From an uncultured Bacilli bacterium (GTDB lineage: Bacteria; Bacillota_I; Bacilli_A; RFN20; CAG-826), in assembly GCA_944358985.1 (NCBI GenBank), contig CALVSI010000001.1, positions 80,156-144,155 of the forward strand: a DNA stretch of 64,000 nt. Direction: 5' to 3'. Each line of letters opens with the position of its first letter. Positions within the stretch are counted from its first letter, which is position 1. Of the stretch, positions 9,898 to 19,448 are shown piece after piece. A program made the translations under genes and the position numbers. Below the pieces are notes generated by a model. The model did no database searches, was not told the origin of the DNA, and was given only the letters and a program-made list of their open reading frames with translations.

Positions 9898-11883
9898 TTA
9901 ATTTTCAATTAATTTTAGTAGTTGTTCTAAAACACTTTCTTTATCGAATTTGAAGTGCTCTATAGCATCTGATGCTGGTGCACTAGTGCCAAATGTATCG
10001 ATTCCAATATTGTGTTTTGCAAATTTTGACCAACCAAATGTAGATAACATTTCAATAGATACTCTTTTATCATATGGAAGCGATAAAATTTCATCTTGAT
10101 ATGATTTATCTTGTCGTAAGAATATTTCTTGTGATGGCATTGATACAACGCGAACATCAATTCCTTTTTCTTTTAACATGGTTTTAAGTTCAATTGCTAA
10201 TGAAACTTCACTACCTGTCGCTATTAAAATTAAATCAGCTTTATTTTCTTCTTTTGCAACAATATAAGCACCTTTTTTAACGCCATCAAGAGATGTTGTT
10301 TTTAAATTTGGCAAGTTTTGGCGCGACAAAATAATCGCTGTTGGATGGTCTAATGATTTTAATCCAAGATACCAAGCAGCGTAGGTTTCCATTTCATCAC
10401 ATGGTCTAATGACATCTAAATTAGGAATACTACGTAACATTGCTAAATGTTCGATTGGTTGATGGGTAGGACCATCTTCACCAACAGCAATACTATCATG
10501 CGAAAATAAATAAATAACCGGTAGATGAGATAACGCTGCTGTTCTAATAGCGGATTTCATATAATCAGAAAATACTAAGAAGCATCCAACATAAACTCTT
10601 AATCCATGGTGTAACATTATTCCATTAGCAGCACTGGCCATTAAAAATTCGCGAATACCCCAGTTTATATTATGTCCACTACGATTAGATGGAGTAAAAT
10701 CAGTGCCACCATTTATCTTAGTTATAACACTTCCAGCGACATCTGCACTTCCTCCAATAAGATTTGGAATAGAAAGAATGTAGTCATTTAAAGCTTTACC
10801 AGACGCATTACGTGTGGAAATCGCACTTCCTATTTCAATATCTGGCATAACATCGCTTAAATATTTGCTGACGTCATTATTAATTAAGTTAGTAAAACGT
10901 AAAGCATCTTTTTTATTGCGTTTAGCGTATGAATCGAATTCTTTTTTATATTCTTCATAAGCTTTTGAACCGCGTTTAATAAAGTTGTCAGCGAAATTTT
11001 TGTAAACTTCTTCAGGAATAAAAAATGGATCATAATCATAATGATATATTTCTTTTTTAGCGTAATTACCATCTTCTTCTCCTAATGGAGATCCATGAAC
11101 TTTACTTGTTCCTTGTTTTTTGGAACCATAACCTATTATTGTTTTAACAATAATTAATGTTGGCTTATCTTTTGATAATTTAGCTTGTTTAATTGCTTTA
11201 TCAATTGCGACGATATCATTGCCATCTTCAACTTTTAAAACATTCCATTCGCTAGCTAAAAAACGATTTTCGACAGATTCAGAAAATGACATTTCTAATC
11301 CACCATCAAGGGTAACATCGTTTGAATCATAAAATAAAATTAATTTATTTAATTTTTGATGTCCAGCAAAAGAAATTGCTTCTTGTGAGAGTCCTTCTTG
11401 AAGACAACCATCTCCACATAAACAATATGTATAGTGATTAATCAGTGTTTTTCCATTTTCGTATTGGGCTTGTAGTGATTGTTCAGCAAGTGCGACACCG
11501 ACGGCTTGAGCGATTCCTTGTCCTAAAGGTCCACTTGTCGCATCAACCCCGGAAGTATGACCATATTCAGGATGGCCAGGAGTCAAACTATTCAATTGGC
11601 GAAAAGATTTAAGATCATCAATAGTTAATCCATAACCGCATAAATGCAACATTGTGTATAACAAACTAGAAGCATGTCCGGCACTTAAAATAAAACGATC
11701 GCGATTAATCCAATCTGGATGGTTAGGATCGGCTACTAAATGATTTTTAAATAAAGTATAGACAATAGGTGCAGAACCGAGAGCCATTCCAGGATGTCCG
11801 CTTTTTGCCTTGTTAATTACGTCGATACATGTTGATCTGATTGCTGCTATTGATAGTTCATCAATTTTCATTCTTTCTGCCAT
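9898..11883 (-). CDS. tkt: Transketolase
   Basis: SGHPG, DRFILSAGH, TPGHPE, GDGCLQEG, GEDGPTHQPIE. Confidence 0.97.
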   Translation of the reverse strand: MAERMKIDELSIAAIRSTCIDVINKAKSGHPGMALGSAPIVYTLFKNHLVADPNHPDWINRDRFILSAGHASSLLYTMLHLCGYGLTIDDLKSFRQLNSLTPGHPEYGHTSGVDATSGPLGQGIAQAVGVALAEQSLQAQYENGKTLINHYTYCLCGDGCLQEGLSQEAISFAGHQKLNKLILFYDSNDVTLDGGLEMSFSESVENRFLASEWNVLKVEDGNDIVAIDKAIKQAKLSKDKPTLIIVKTIIGYGSKKQGTSKVHGSPLGEEDGNYAKKEIYHYDYDPFFIPEEVYKNFADNFIKRGSKAYEEYKKEFDSYAKRNKKDALRFTNLINNDVSKYLSDVMPDIEIGSAISTRNASGKALNDYILSIPNLIGGSADVAGSVITKINGGTDFTPSNRSGHNINWGIREFLMASAANGIMLHHGLRVYVGCFLVFSDYMKSAIRTAALSHLPVIYLFSHDSIAVGEDGPTHQPIEHLAMLRSIPNLDVIRPCDEMETYAAWYLGLKSLDHPTAIILSRQNLPNLKTTSLDGVKKGAYIVAKEENKADLILIATGSEVSLAIELKTMLKEKGIDVRVVSMPSQEIFLRQDKSYQDEILSLPYDKRVSIEMLSTFGWSKFAKHNIGIDTFGTSAPASDAIEHFKFDKESVLEQLLKLIEN

Positions 11884-11917
11884 TTTTAAATCTCCTTAGT
11901 AATTATTTAGTATATAT

Positions 11918-13663
11918 TTAGTTTTTTAAACTAATGCCAAGTTCTTCTAATTGATCGTTATCAACTTTATTAGGTGCACCTGATACAGGATCAACTGCAT
12001 TAAGATTTTTAGGAAAGGCAATAACATCTCGTATGTTGTCTGTCCCACCTAAAATCATCGCTAGACGATCTAAGCCAAACGCTATTCCACCATGTGGTGG
12101 TGTACCATATTTTAAAGCTTCGATAAAATAACCAAATTTTTCTTGTATTTGTTCGTCACTTAAACCTAATATTTCAAAAATTTGTTTTTGAATATTTTGA
12201 TCATAAATTCTTAATGTTCCACCACCAGCTTCATAACCATTTATAACAATGTCGTATGCGTATGATAAAACTTCTAATGGATTAGTTTTTAATTGGTCTA
12301 AACATTCATCTTTTGGTCTAGTAAAAGGATGATGTGTCGCGACAATTTTATTATCTTCGACATTTTTTTCAAACATTGGAAAATCTACTATCCATAATAA
12401 ATCGTAAGTATTTGGTTTGATTAGTTTAAGTTGTTTAGCGTAATTATTTCTTAATGAGCCTAAAAAAGAACAAACACGATTATATGAGCCGTGGCTGATA
12501 ATAAGAATATCACCATTGTTTAAATTTGCTCTATTTATCAAATTTGAAATCGATTCTTCATCGAGATATTTTGCTAAAGATCCATGAAATTCATTATTTT
12601 CATATTTTAAAACATTTACAAAATCTAAATTGAATTTTTTGGCTTCTAAATTTAATGAATCAATAACTTTTCTTGATGTTTCAGCGGCAATATTTTCTAC
12701 TTTTATTGCTCTAATGGACAAATTGCCTTGATAAAATGGAATATTTAATTTTTGTAAAATATCATCAACGTCAAATAATTTCATGTCAAAACGTGTATCT
12801 GGTTTATCGCTTCCATAATTTTTTATAGCATCGCTATATTTAATTTGACGCAATGGCAAAGAAATTTCTACACCAATAGTGTCTTTGAATATTTTATATA
12901 ATAATCCTTCCATCAATTTTAATAATTCATCTTGACTTAAAAAAGAAGTTTCAATATCGATTTGAGTAAAATCAGGTTGGCGATCAGCTCTTAAATCTTC
13001 ATCGCGAAAACATCTAGCGATTTGATAATATCTTTCAAGACCACCTACCATTAACATTTGTTTAAACATTTGTGGACTTTGTGGTAAGGCATAAAAATTA
13101 CCTTTATGTATTCTTGATGGAACTAAATATTCTTTCGCACCTTCAGGAGATGATGCACATAACATTGGGGTTTCAATTTCAATAAAATGGTATTGATTTA
13201 AATACTCATGCACCGCCATTTTGATTTTATGACGTATATCTAAATAATGCTGCATGATTGGTCTTCTTAAATCTAAATAACGATACTTTAATCGAGTTTC
13301 TTCCAATGCATCAGTGTTATTATCGATAATTAAAGGAGGATTAATTGCACTATTTATTAAATTGACTTCATCAGCAATTATTTCAATTTCTCCGGTTTTA
13401 AGTTTAGGATTTGGCGTTTCTTTTTTTGAAACGACACCTTTAACATTAATTACATATTCATTTCTGATTTCGCAACATTTGACATTATCTTTAACTAAAA
13501 CTTGAATTATTCCACTTCTATCACGTAAATCAATGAAAAGTAATTGTCCTAAATTTCTTTTTTTGGCAACCCATCCCACTAAAGAAACATGCTTTCCAAC
13601 ATCTTTTAAAGATAATTCAGTGTTAAATAAATCTCTGTACATATTAATTTTCCTCATGATCAT
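11918..13663 (-). CDS. aspS: Aspartate--tRNA ligase
   Basis: FIDLRD, RYLDLRR, LPQSPQ.FKQ, CFRDEDLRADRQPDFTQID, PPHGG.AFGLDR. Confidence 0.97.
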   Translation of the reverse strand: MIMRKINMYRDLFNTELSLKDVGKHVSLVGWVAKKRNLGQLLFIDLRDRSGIIQVLVKDNVKCCEIRNEYVINVKGVVSKKETPNPKLKTGEIEIIADEVNLINSAINPPLIIDNNTDALEETRLKYRYLDLRRPIMQHYLDIRHKIKMAVHEYLNQYHFIEIETPMLCASSPEGAKEYLVPSRIHKGNFYALPQSPQMFKQMLMVGGLERYYQIARCFRDEDLRADRQPDFTQIDIETSFLSQDELLKLMEGLLYKIFKDTIGVEISLPLRQIKYSDAIKNYGSDKPDTRFDMKLFDVDDILQKLNIPFYQGNLSIRAIKVENIAAETSRKVIDSLNLEAKKFNLDFVNVLKYENNEFHGSLAKYLDEESISNLINRANLNNGDILIISHGSYNRVCSFLGSLRNNYAKQLKLIKPNTYDLLWIVDFPMFEKNVEDNKIVATHHPFTRPKDECLDQLKTNPLEVLSYAYDIVINGYEAGGGTLRIYDQNIQKQIFEILGLSDEQIQEKFGYFIEALKYGTPPHGGIAFGLDRLAMILGGTDNIRDVIAFPKNLNAVDPVSGAPNKVDNDQLEELGISLKN

Positions 13664-14933
13664 CTTCTAATTGTTCACTAAAATATAAAATTAAATCATC
13701 ATATTTAACAATATCTTGTGTTTGATTAGTTAAATTTTTAATAGTTAATTGGTTATTATTAATTTCATCTTCACCAATGAAAATAACATAATGGGCCTGT
13801 TTTTTTAAAGCTATTTTTATTGCAGAAGATGGCTTATGAAACTGATAATCGCTATCGCATACAAAGCCATGCATTCTTAATAAATTACTAACATTAAATG
13901 CACTTAAATTTGCACTTTCATCAATCGCAGCAACATAAATATCGATTGAATATTCTGGATTTGGTATTAATTCGTCATCTTTAAGAATTGAATAAATTCT
14001 TTCAATACCAAATGAAAATCCAACACCTTGCAAGTTTGGACCACCTAACTCATTTATTAGATTCGAATAATGTCCACCTGCTCCGATTGCACCATAATCA
14101 AAACCTTTTTTGCTTACATAATGGAATTCGAAAACAGTCTGGCTATAATAATCTAAACCTCTAACTAAAGTATCATCGACTTCATATGGAATATAATTTT
14201 CATCTAATATTTCTTTTAAATGTTTAAATCTAATTTTAGAATCTTTGCTCAAATAGTCTGACATTTTAGGTGCAGCACGCACAATTTCTTTATCGGTATC
14301 AACCTTACAATCTAAAATACGTAATGGATTTAATTTAAATCTTTGTTTACAATCATCACACATATTATCGATGTATTGTGAAAAATATTCTTTCAAAGCA
14401 TTTCTATATGATGTTCTTGATTCTTCATCTCCTAAAGAATTTATTTTTAATTTAACATTTTCTAAGCCAAATTGTTTTAATATCGTATATCCTAAGATGA
14501 TTGCTTCAGCATCAAAATATAATGAATCAGTTCCTAAAATTTCAACACCAAATTGATCAAATTGACGATATCGTCCTAATTGAGGTCTTTCATAGCGAAA
14601 AACTGGACCATGGTAATAAGCCTTAATAGGCAGATTAGAATTTGCATATAATTTATTATTAACAAAACTTCGAATGATTGAAGCGGTAAATTCTGGCCTT
14701 AAAGAAATTAATCTTTCTCCTTTATCTAAAAAAGTATACATTTCTTTTCTAACGATATCGCTGCTTTCGCCTACACCCCTTTGAAACAAATTAGCGTTTT
14801 CTATAACTGGTACTTTAAACAATTTATAAGAAAAAAGACGACAAACATCAGACATTAAATCAACGATAAATTGATAATCTTGAGCTTCTTTTAATATAAC
14901 ATCATGAGTTCCTTTAAGATTTTGATATTCCAT
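13644..14933 (-). CDS. hisS: Histidine--tRNA ligase
   Basis: KEMY.F.D, LRPE.TA, FRYERPQ.GRYRQF.Q, LVRGLDYY, GF.FG.ER. Confidence 0.97.
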   Translation of the reverse strand: MEYQNLKGTHDVILKEAQDYQFIVDLMSDVCRLFSYKLFKVPVIENANLFQRGVGESSDIVRKEMYTFLDKGERLISLRPEFTASIIRSFVNNKLYANSNLPIKAYYHGPVFRYERPQLGRYRQFDQFGVEILGTDSLYFDAEAIILGYTILKQFGLENVKLKINSLGDEESRTSYRNALKEYFSQYIDNMCDDCKQRFKLNPLRILDCKVDTDKEIVRAAPKMSDYLSKDSKIRFKHLKEILDENYIPYEVDDTLVRGLDYYSQTVFEFHYVSKKGFDYGAIGAGGHYSNLINELGGPNLQGVGFSFGIERIYSILKDDELIPNPEYSIDIYVAAIDESANLSAFNVSNLLRMHGFVCDSDYQFHKPSSAIKIALKKQAHYVIFIGEDEINNNQLTIKNLTNQTQDIVKYDDLILYFSEQLEDDHEEN

Positions 14934-14981
14934 ATATCCTCCAACTAAACATTATATAGAATTGCTATTCTATATACAAAG

Positions 14982-17198
14982 CTAATGTATCACACGCGAC
15001 ACATTTATTACGCCTTTTAAAGATAATAGCAATGAAAATACATTTTCTAATTTCTTAGCGTTTTCAACATGAATTGTGGCAGTAATTGTTGTAATAAGTG
15101 TTTGAGTATTTAATTTGGCATTAATTGCCGTTAGCATAATATTTTGTGACGCTAATGCGGACATCACATCATTTAAAAGACTTGTCCTATCGCTAGCGTC
15201 TAAAGATATATCGACTTGATATTTTTTATTTTGTAAATCATCACGCCAATAAACATTAACTAAACGCAATTTTTCTTTGGCAATATTTGGACAATTTATG
15301 CGATGAACACTTATTCCTTTTCCCCTTGTAATATAACCAACTATTTGATCACCAGGTATTGGATTGCAACATGATGCTAAATTTATCATAATTTTTCCAA
15401 CGCCTTTACAATAAACCGGACAATCATCGTCATTACTGACTTTATTATTTTTAAACGTTGGTAAAGAGGTTATTTTTTTAAGTCCAAGATAATCTGCTAA
15501 ATTGCTAGGCAATATTTCTTTATTGCTAACTGATAAAAATAATTCATCCAAATCATTGACATTAAAGTGATTAAAGACATCTTTTTTATCAATATATTTT
15601 ATTATTTCACTTTCGCTAGTTATACCTCGATCTCTAAATCCATCAATGCAAATATTTTTGCCTTTATTAATATTTTCTTGACGCATATAAGCAGCGTTTT
15701 TCTTAAACAAATATTTTTTAATTGCACTTTTTGCGTTATGACTGACGACAAAATCTAACCATTTTTCATTGGGTCCAGGTGCATTTTTACTCGTTTTTAT
15801 TTCACAAACATCACCAGTTTTTAATTTGGTATTAAGTGGGACCATTAAATTATTTATTAAAGCACCAACAGTGGATTCACCAACTTTTGTATGAATACGG
15901 TATGCAAAATCTAAACAAGTCGCACCGCGTGGCAATTCCACTACTTTTCCTTTTGGCGTAAAAACATAAACATTAGCACCAAAAATATCATTGGTTAACG
16001 ATTCCATATATTCTTGAGCGTCACCATCTGTGTGATCAGACATTGATACGAAATCTCTAAACCAATGCAATTGATTTTCTATTTCTCTTTGCTCTTTTTG
16101 GGAATTATAAGATCCTTCTTTGTATGCCCAGTGAGCGGCAACACCACTTTCAGCGACATCATCCATTTTTTCGGTTCGGATTTGCACTTCATATATGTTT
16201 CCGTCACCAGAAACAATGCTGGTATGCAATGATTGATAAAGATTTGGTTTTGGCATAGCAATATAATCTTTAAATCTTCCTGGTATTGGACGATATGTTT
16301 GATGAATCAATCCTAATATTTCATAACATTGTAAATCAGTTTTAGTAATTATTCGTAAGGCCAAAACATCATAAATTTCATCAAATTTTTTACCTTTATG
16401 GTACATTTTTTCATAAATGGAATATATTGATTTAATTCTTGTTTTAATATCAAAAGGAATATTGTGTTCGAACAATATATCAGCAATGCGTTTAGCTAAA
16501 GTGTCTAAAGACTTTTTTCTTGTTTTAAAACGATTAGACAATAATTTTGATATTTCCTGATATTTATCTGGTTCAAGATATTTTAAAGATAAATCTTCTA
16601 ATTCACTTTTTATAACATTAATACCTAAACGATGAGCAATAGGAACAAAAACATCAAGAGTTTCACGCGAAATAATTAATTGACGGTCTTTAGTTAATGA
16701 GTCTAATGTTCTCATGTTGTGAAGACGATCCGCTAACTTGACAATAATAACACGAACATCTTGAGCCATTCCTAAAAATATTTTCATGTGATCTTCGGCT
16801 TCAAATTCTTCTTTTGAAATTTTAGAAAGTTTTAATCTTTGAATTTTTGTTAAAGAATCGACAATTTTTGCAACGTCTTTTCCAAATTTACCTTCGATTT
16901 CTTTTAATGGCGTGTTCGTATCTTCAACAACGTCGTGCAATAAACCAGCACATAATGTTACTGGTCCACATTGCAAAGTTGCTAAAATATAGCATACTTC
17001 CACTAAATGATGATAATATGGTTCTCCAGATCTACGATATTGACCTTCGTGCTTTTGTAAAATGTATTCATAAGCCGCGCGAATCATTTCGTGGTCTTTT
17101 AAATTTGAAATATACGTGTCATATAAAGACTCAACTTCTTCGAAATTGTGTAATTTATATCCACCATTAAATTGCGTTTTGATTTCCGTTGTTTCCAT
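14982..17198 (-). CDS. relA: Bifunctional (p)ppGpp synthetase/hydrolase Rel
   Basis: HD motif LHDVVED, KLADRLHNMRTL, RFKDYI, YQSLHT, EVQIRT; TGS and ACT domains. Confidence 0.95.
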   Translation of the reverse strand: METTEIKTQFNGGYKLHNFEEVESLYDTYISNLKDHEMIRAAYEYILQKHEGQYRRSGEPYYHHLVEVCYILATLQCGPVTLCAGLLHDVVEDTNTPLKEIEGKFGKDVAKIVDSLTKIQRLKLSKISKEEFEAEDHMKIFLGMAQDVRVIIVKLADRLHNMRTLDSLTKDRQLIISRETLDVFVPIAHRLGINVIKSELEDLSLKYLEPDKYQEISKLLSNRFKTRKKSLDTLAKRIADILFEHNIPFDIKTRIKSIYSIYEKMYHKGKKFDEIYDVLALRIITKTDLQCYEILGLIHQTYRPIPGRFKDYIAMPKPNLYQSLHTSIVSGDGNIYEVQIRTEKMDDVAESGVAAHWAYKEGSYNSQKEQREIENQLHWFRDFVSMSDHTDGDAQEYMESLTNDIFGANVYVFTPKGKVVELPRGATCLDFAYRIHTKVGESTVGALINNLMVPLNTKLKTGDVCEIKTSKNAPGPNEKWLDFVVSHNAKSAIKKYLFKKNAAYMRQENINKGKNICIDGFRDRGITSESEIIKYIDKKDVFNHFNVNDLDELFLSVSNKEILPSNLADYLGLKKITSLPTFKNNKVSNDDDCPVYCKGVGKIMINLASCCNPIPGDQIVGYITRGKGISVHRINCPNIAKEKLRLVNVYWRDDLQNKKYQVDISLDASDRTSLLNDVMSALASQNIMLTAINAKLNTQTLITTITATIHVENAKKLENVFSLLLSLKGVINVSRVIH

Positions 17199-17199
17199 A

Positions 17200-17832
17200 T
17201 TAGTAATAAAGTTGTATCTCCATAATATTTGTTTGATCTAAACCAGCAAAAATGTTTAATGTTGATGAATCAAGTTTAAAAATGATTTCACTTTTTTTCA
17301 CATCATTATTTTCAATACTATTATCTAATTTTATATAATTTGTTTCGTCGATTGATAAAGCACTATCATAAACTGTAATATTAGTTTTACCACTATTGTA
17401 ATCGATTGTTTTGACATAAACAGGCGTAGCAATTATTTTGACGAATTTATATGTGTTTGAAAAACGAAATGAAATTTGTCCATCTTCATTTGAAAATTCA
17501 CCAATTAATAAACCATTTATTCCTTGATAACAATTTTTGAAATCTGTAATTTCTAGTTCGATTTGATTAGAGTTATACATATCTTTTATTATTTCATTAG
17601 AATTAGTGTACTTTTTCCCAATCGTTTGATTTTCATTATAAAAAGATAAAGTATGATAATTTAAACCCTCGCCGATAGAAATGTCATTACTCGTATAGTT
17701 ATACGATATTGTTGTAGTGCTTGCTATAAAATTGCTATCGAAAATAGAACCATTTGGATTGTTACTAATTGAAAAATCACAACTAGTAAGCGGCAACATA
17801 AACAAAGATAAAAACAAAAAAGCACGTTTCAT
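17200..17832 (-). CDS. Hypothetical lipoprotein (start reassigned to MKRAFL...)
   Basis: Signal peptide with lipobox LTSC; TATAAT 6 nt before ATG 17832. Confidence 0.7.
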   Translation of the reverse strand: MKRAFLFLSLFMLPLTSCDFSISNNPNGSIFDSNFIASTTTISYNYTSNDISIGEGLNYHTLSFYNENQTIGKKYTNSNEIIKDMYNSNQIELEITDFKNCYQGINGLLIGEFSNEDGQISFRFSNTYKFVKIIATPVYVKTIDYNSGKTNITVYDSALSIDETNYIKLDNSIENNDVKKSEIIFKLDSSTLNIFAGLDQTNIMEIQLYY

Positions 17833-17850
17833 ATTTAAATTATACATAAT

Positions 17851-19410
17851 TTAGCTCGGATTATTAAAATATTTATTAACAAGAAATTGAACACGACTTG
17901 TTCCATGATAATTATGGAGTGAAATTGTACCATAAAGATCGACCATTGAACCATTTTTAAAGAAATCATCATCGATATTAAAAGCAACAATTTGACTAAA
18001 AATTGATAAATTTGTAATTATGTGTTTTTTTGTCTTGTTTAATTGTAAAAATGATTTGCTTACATTACAGATTTTGAATATTGGTGGTTTAAACTCTTCA
18101 CCAAATGGTGAAAAACTCTCCACTAAACGACAAAGAGATAAATTGATGTCGCCAATGGAAATCTCGATTGCTTTTAATGGTTTTTGGACTTGTATATTTT
18201 TTTGACAAATAGAGATGATTTTTTCTTTAAATTCATTATATTTATCTTTCTTAATCGTCACACCTCCCGCAAAAGCATGACCACCATAATTAATTAATAA
18301 ATTATCAACATTTTTTAATAGTTCAATCGCATCATAACCATCGTCGACACGGATTGAGCCTTTTAAGATAGTAGAATCATTACTATCATATGTAAAAATA
18401 ATTGTCGGTTTATGATAAATGTTTAAAATTTTATTAGCAAGTAAGCCAACCATCCCTTCTTCGATATCATAAATAGAGACAATTGCACTGCTATCAGTGT
18501 CACTTTCATCAATTGAAATATTTTTTGATATAAATTTTCTTTGTTCATTAATACTATAGATATCTTTGTAAATTTGTTTTACTAAATCTTTATCATCAGA
18601 AGTTAAAAACTTTATTAAACAATTAATTTTATTTGTTTTTAATAAACGCCCTACAGCATTAATTTTTGGTGCCATTTTCATTTGTATACATAAATAATTA
18701 AATACATCATTTTCTTTTAACAAATCTAAAGCATAATATTTATTGTTTTCATATAAAGAAGACGCTAAGCGCACAATATCACGATTAAAATCTTTTAATG
18801 GCATCATATCGCTAATTATAGAAATAGCTCCTAATATCAATAAATAAATATCGATTTTTTTTAAAATGGCGTATGAAACCATAAAGGAACAAAATCCAGC
18901 ACTGGTAGCGATTTGAGAAAAATTAGAAACTGATGGATGTATTATCGCATCAGCGTCAGGTAAAACATCTCCCGGCTTATGATGATCGATGATTATAACT
19001 TTTATATTGTTATCTTTTAAATATTTAATTTCTTCATTAGCAACAATGCCATTATCACAAAGTATTACTAATTTGTAACCTTTTTCAATAATTTGTTTAG
19101 CGCGTTGAATATTTATACCATATCCGTCAATATACCGAGAAGGAACATAATAGCCAACATCTTTATTTAAATAAGAAAACATTTTAACTAAAATTGATGT
19201 TGCCATGATTCCATCGCAATCGTAATCACCATAGATTATAATTTTTTCATTATTTTCTAAAGAATAATTTACAATATTAAAAACTTTATCCATATCTTTA
19301 AATAAATATGGGTCTTTAATATCAGAAAGTGACAATTCTCTAGTTAAATAGTCATAATCACTTAATGATAAATTATAATACGATAATAATTTTTCAAATA
19401 AAGTATCCAT
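17851..19410 (-). CDS. recJ: Single-stranded-DNA exonuclease RecJ
   Basis: YGDYDCDG, R...GYG, DNG, DHH, P.INA.GRL, GGH..AGG. Confidence 0.93.
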   Translation of the reverse strand: MDTLFEKLLSYYNLSLSDYDYLTRELSLSDIKDPYLFKDMDKVFNIVNYSLENNEKIIIYGDYDCDGIMATSILVKMFSYLNKDVGYYVPSRYIDGYGINIQRAKQIIEKGYKLVILCDNGIVANEEIKYLKDNNIKVIIIDHHKPGDVLPDADAIIHPSVSNFSQIATSAGFCSFMVSYAILKKIDIYLLILGAISIISDMMPLKDFNRDIVRLASSLYENNKYYALDLLKENDVFNYLCIQMKMAPKINAVGRLLKTNKINCLIKFLTSDDKDLVKQIYKDIYSINEQRKFISKNISIDESDTDSSAIVSIYDIEEGMVGLLANKILNIYHKPTIIFTYDSNDSTILKGSIRVDDGYDAIELLKNVDNLLINYGGHAFAGGVTIKKDKYNEFKEKIISICQKNIQVQKPLKAIEISIGDINLSLCRLVESFSPFGEEFKPPIFKICNVSKSFLQLNKTKKHIITNLSIFSQIVAFNIDDDFFKNGSMVDLYGTISLHNYHGTSRVQFLVNKYFNNPS

Positions 19411-19417
19411 AAATTTT

Positions 19418-19440
19418 AAAAAGACTGCATTAAGCAGTCT
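19418..19440 (-). terminator. Intrinsic terminator after secDF
   Basis: AGACTGC-ttaat-GCAGTCT followed by a T tract. Confidence 0.7.
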
Positions 19441-19448
19441 ATATTATT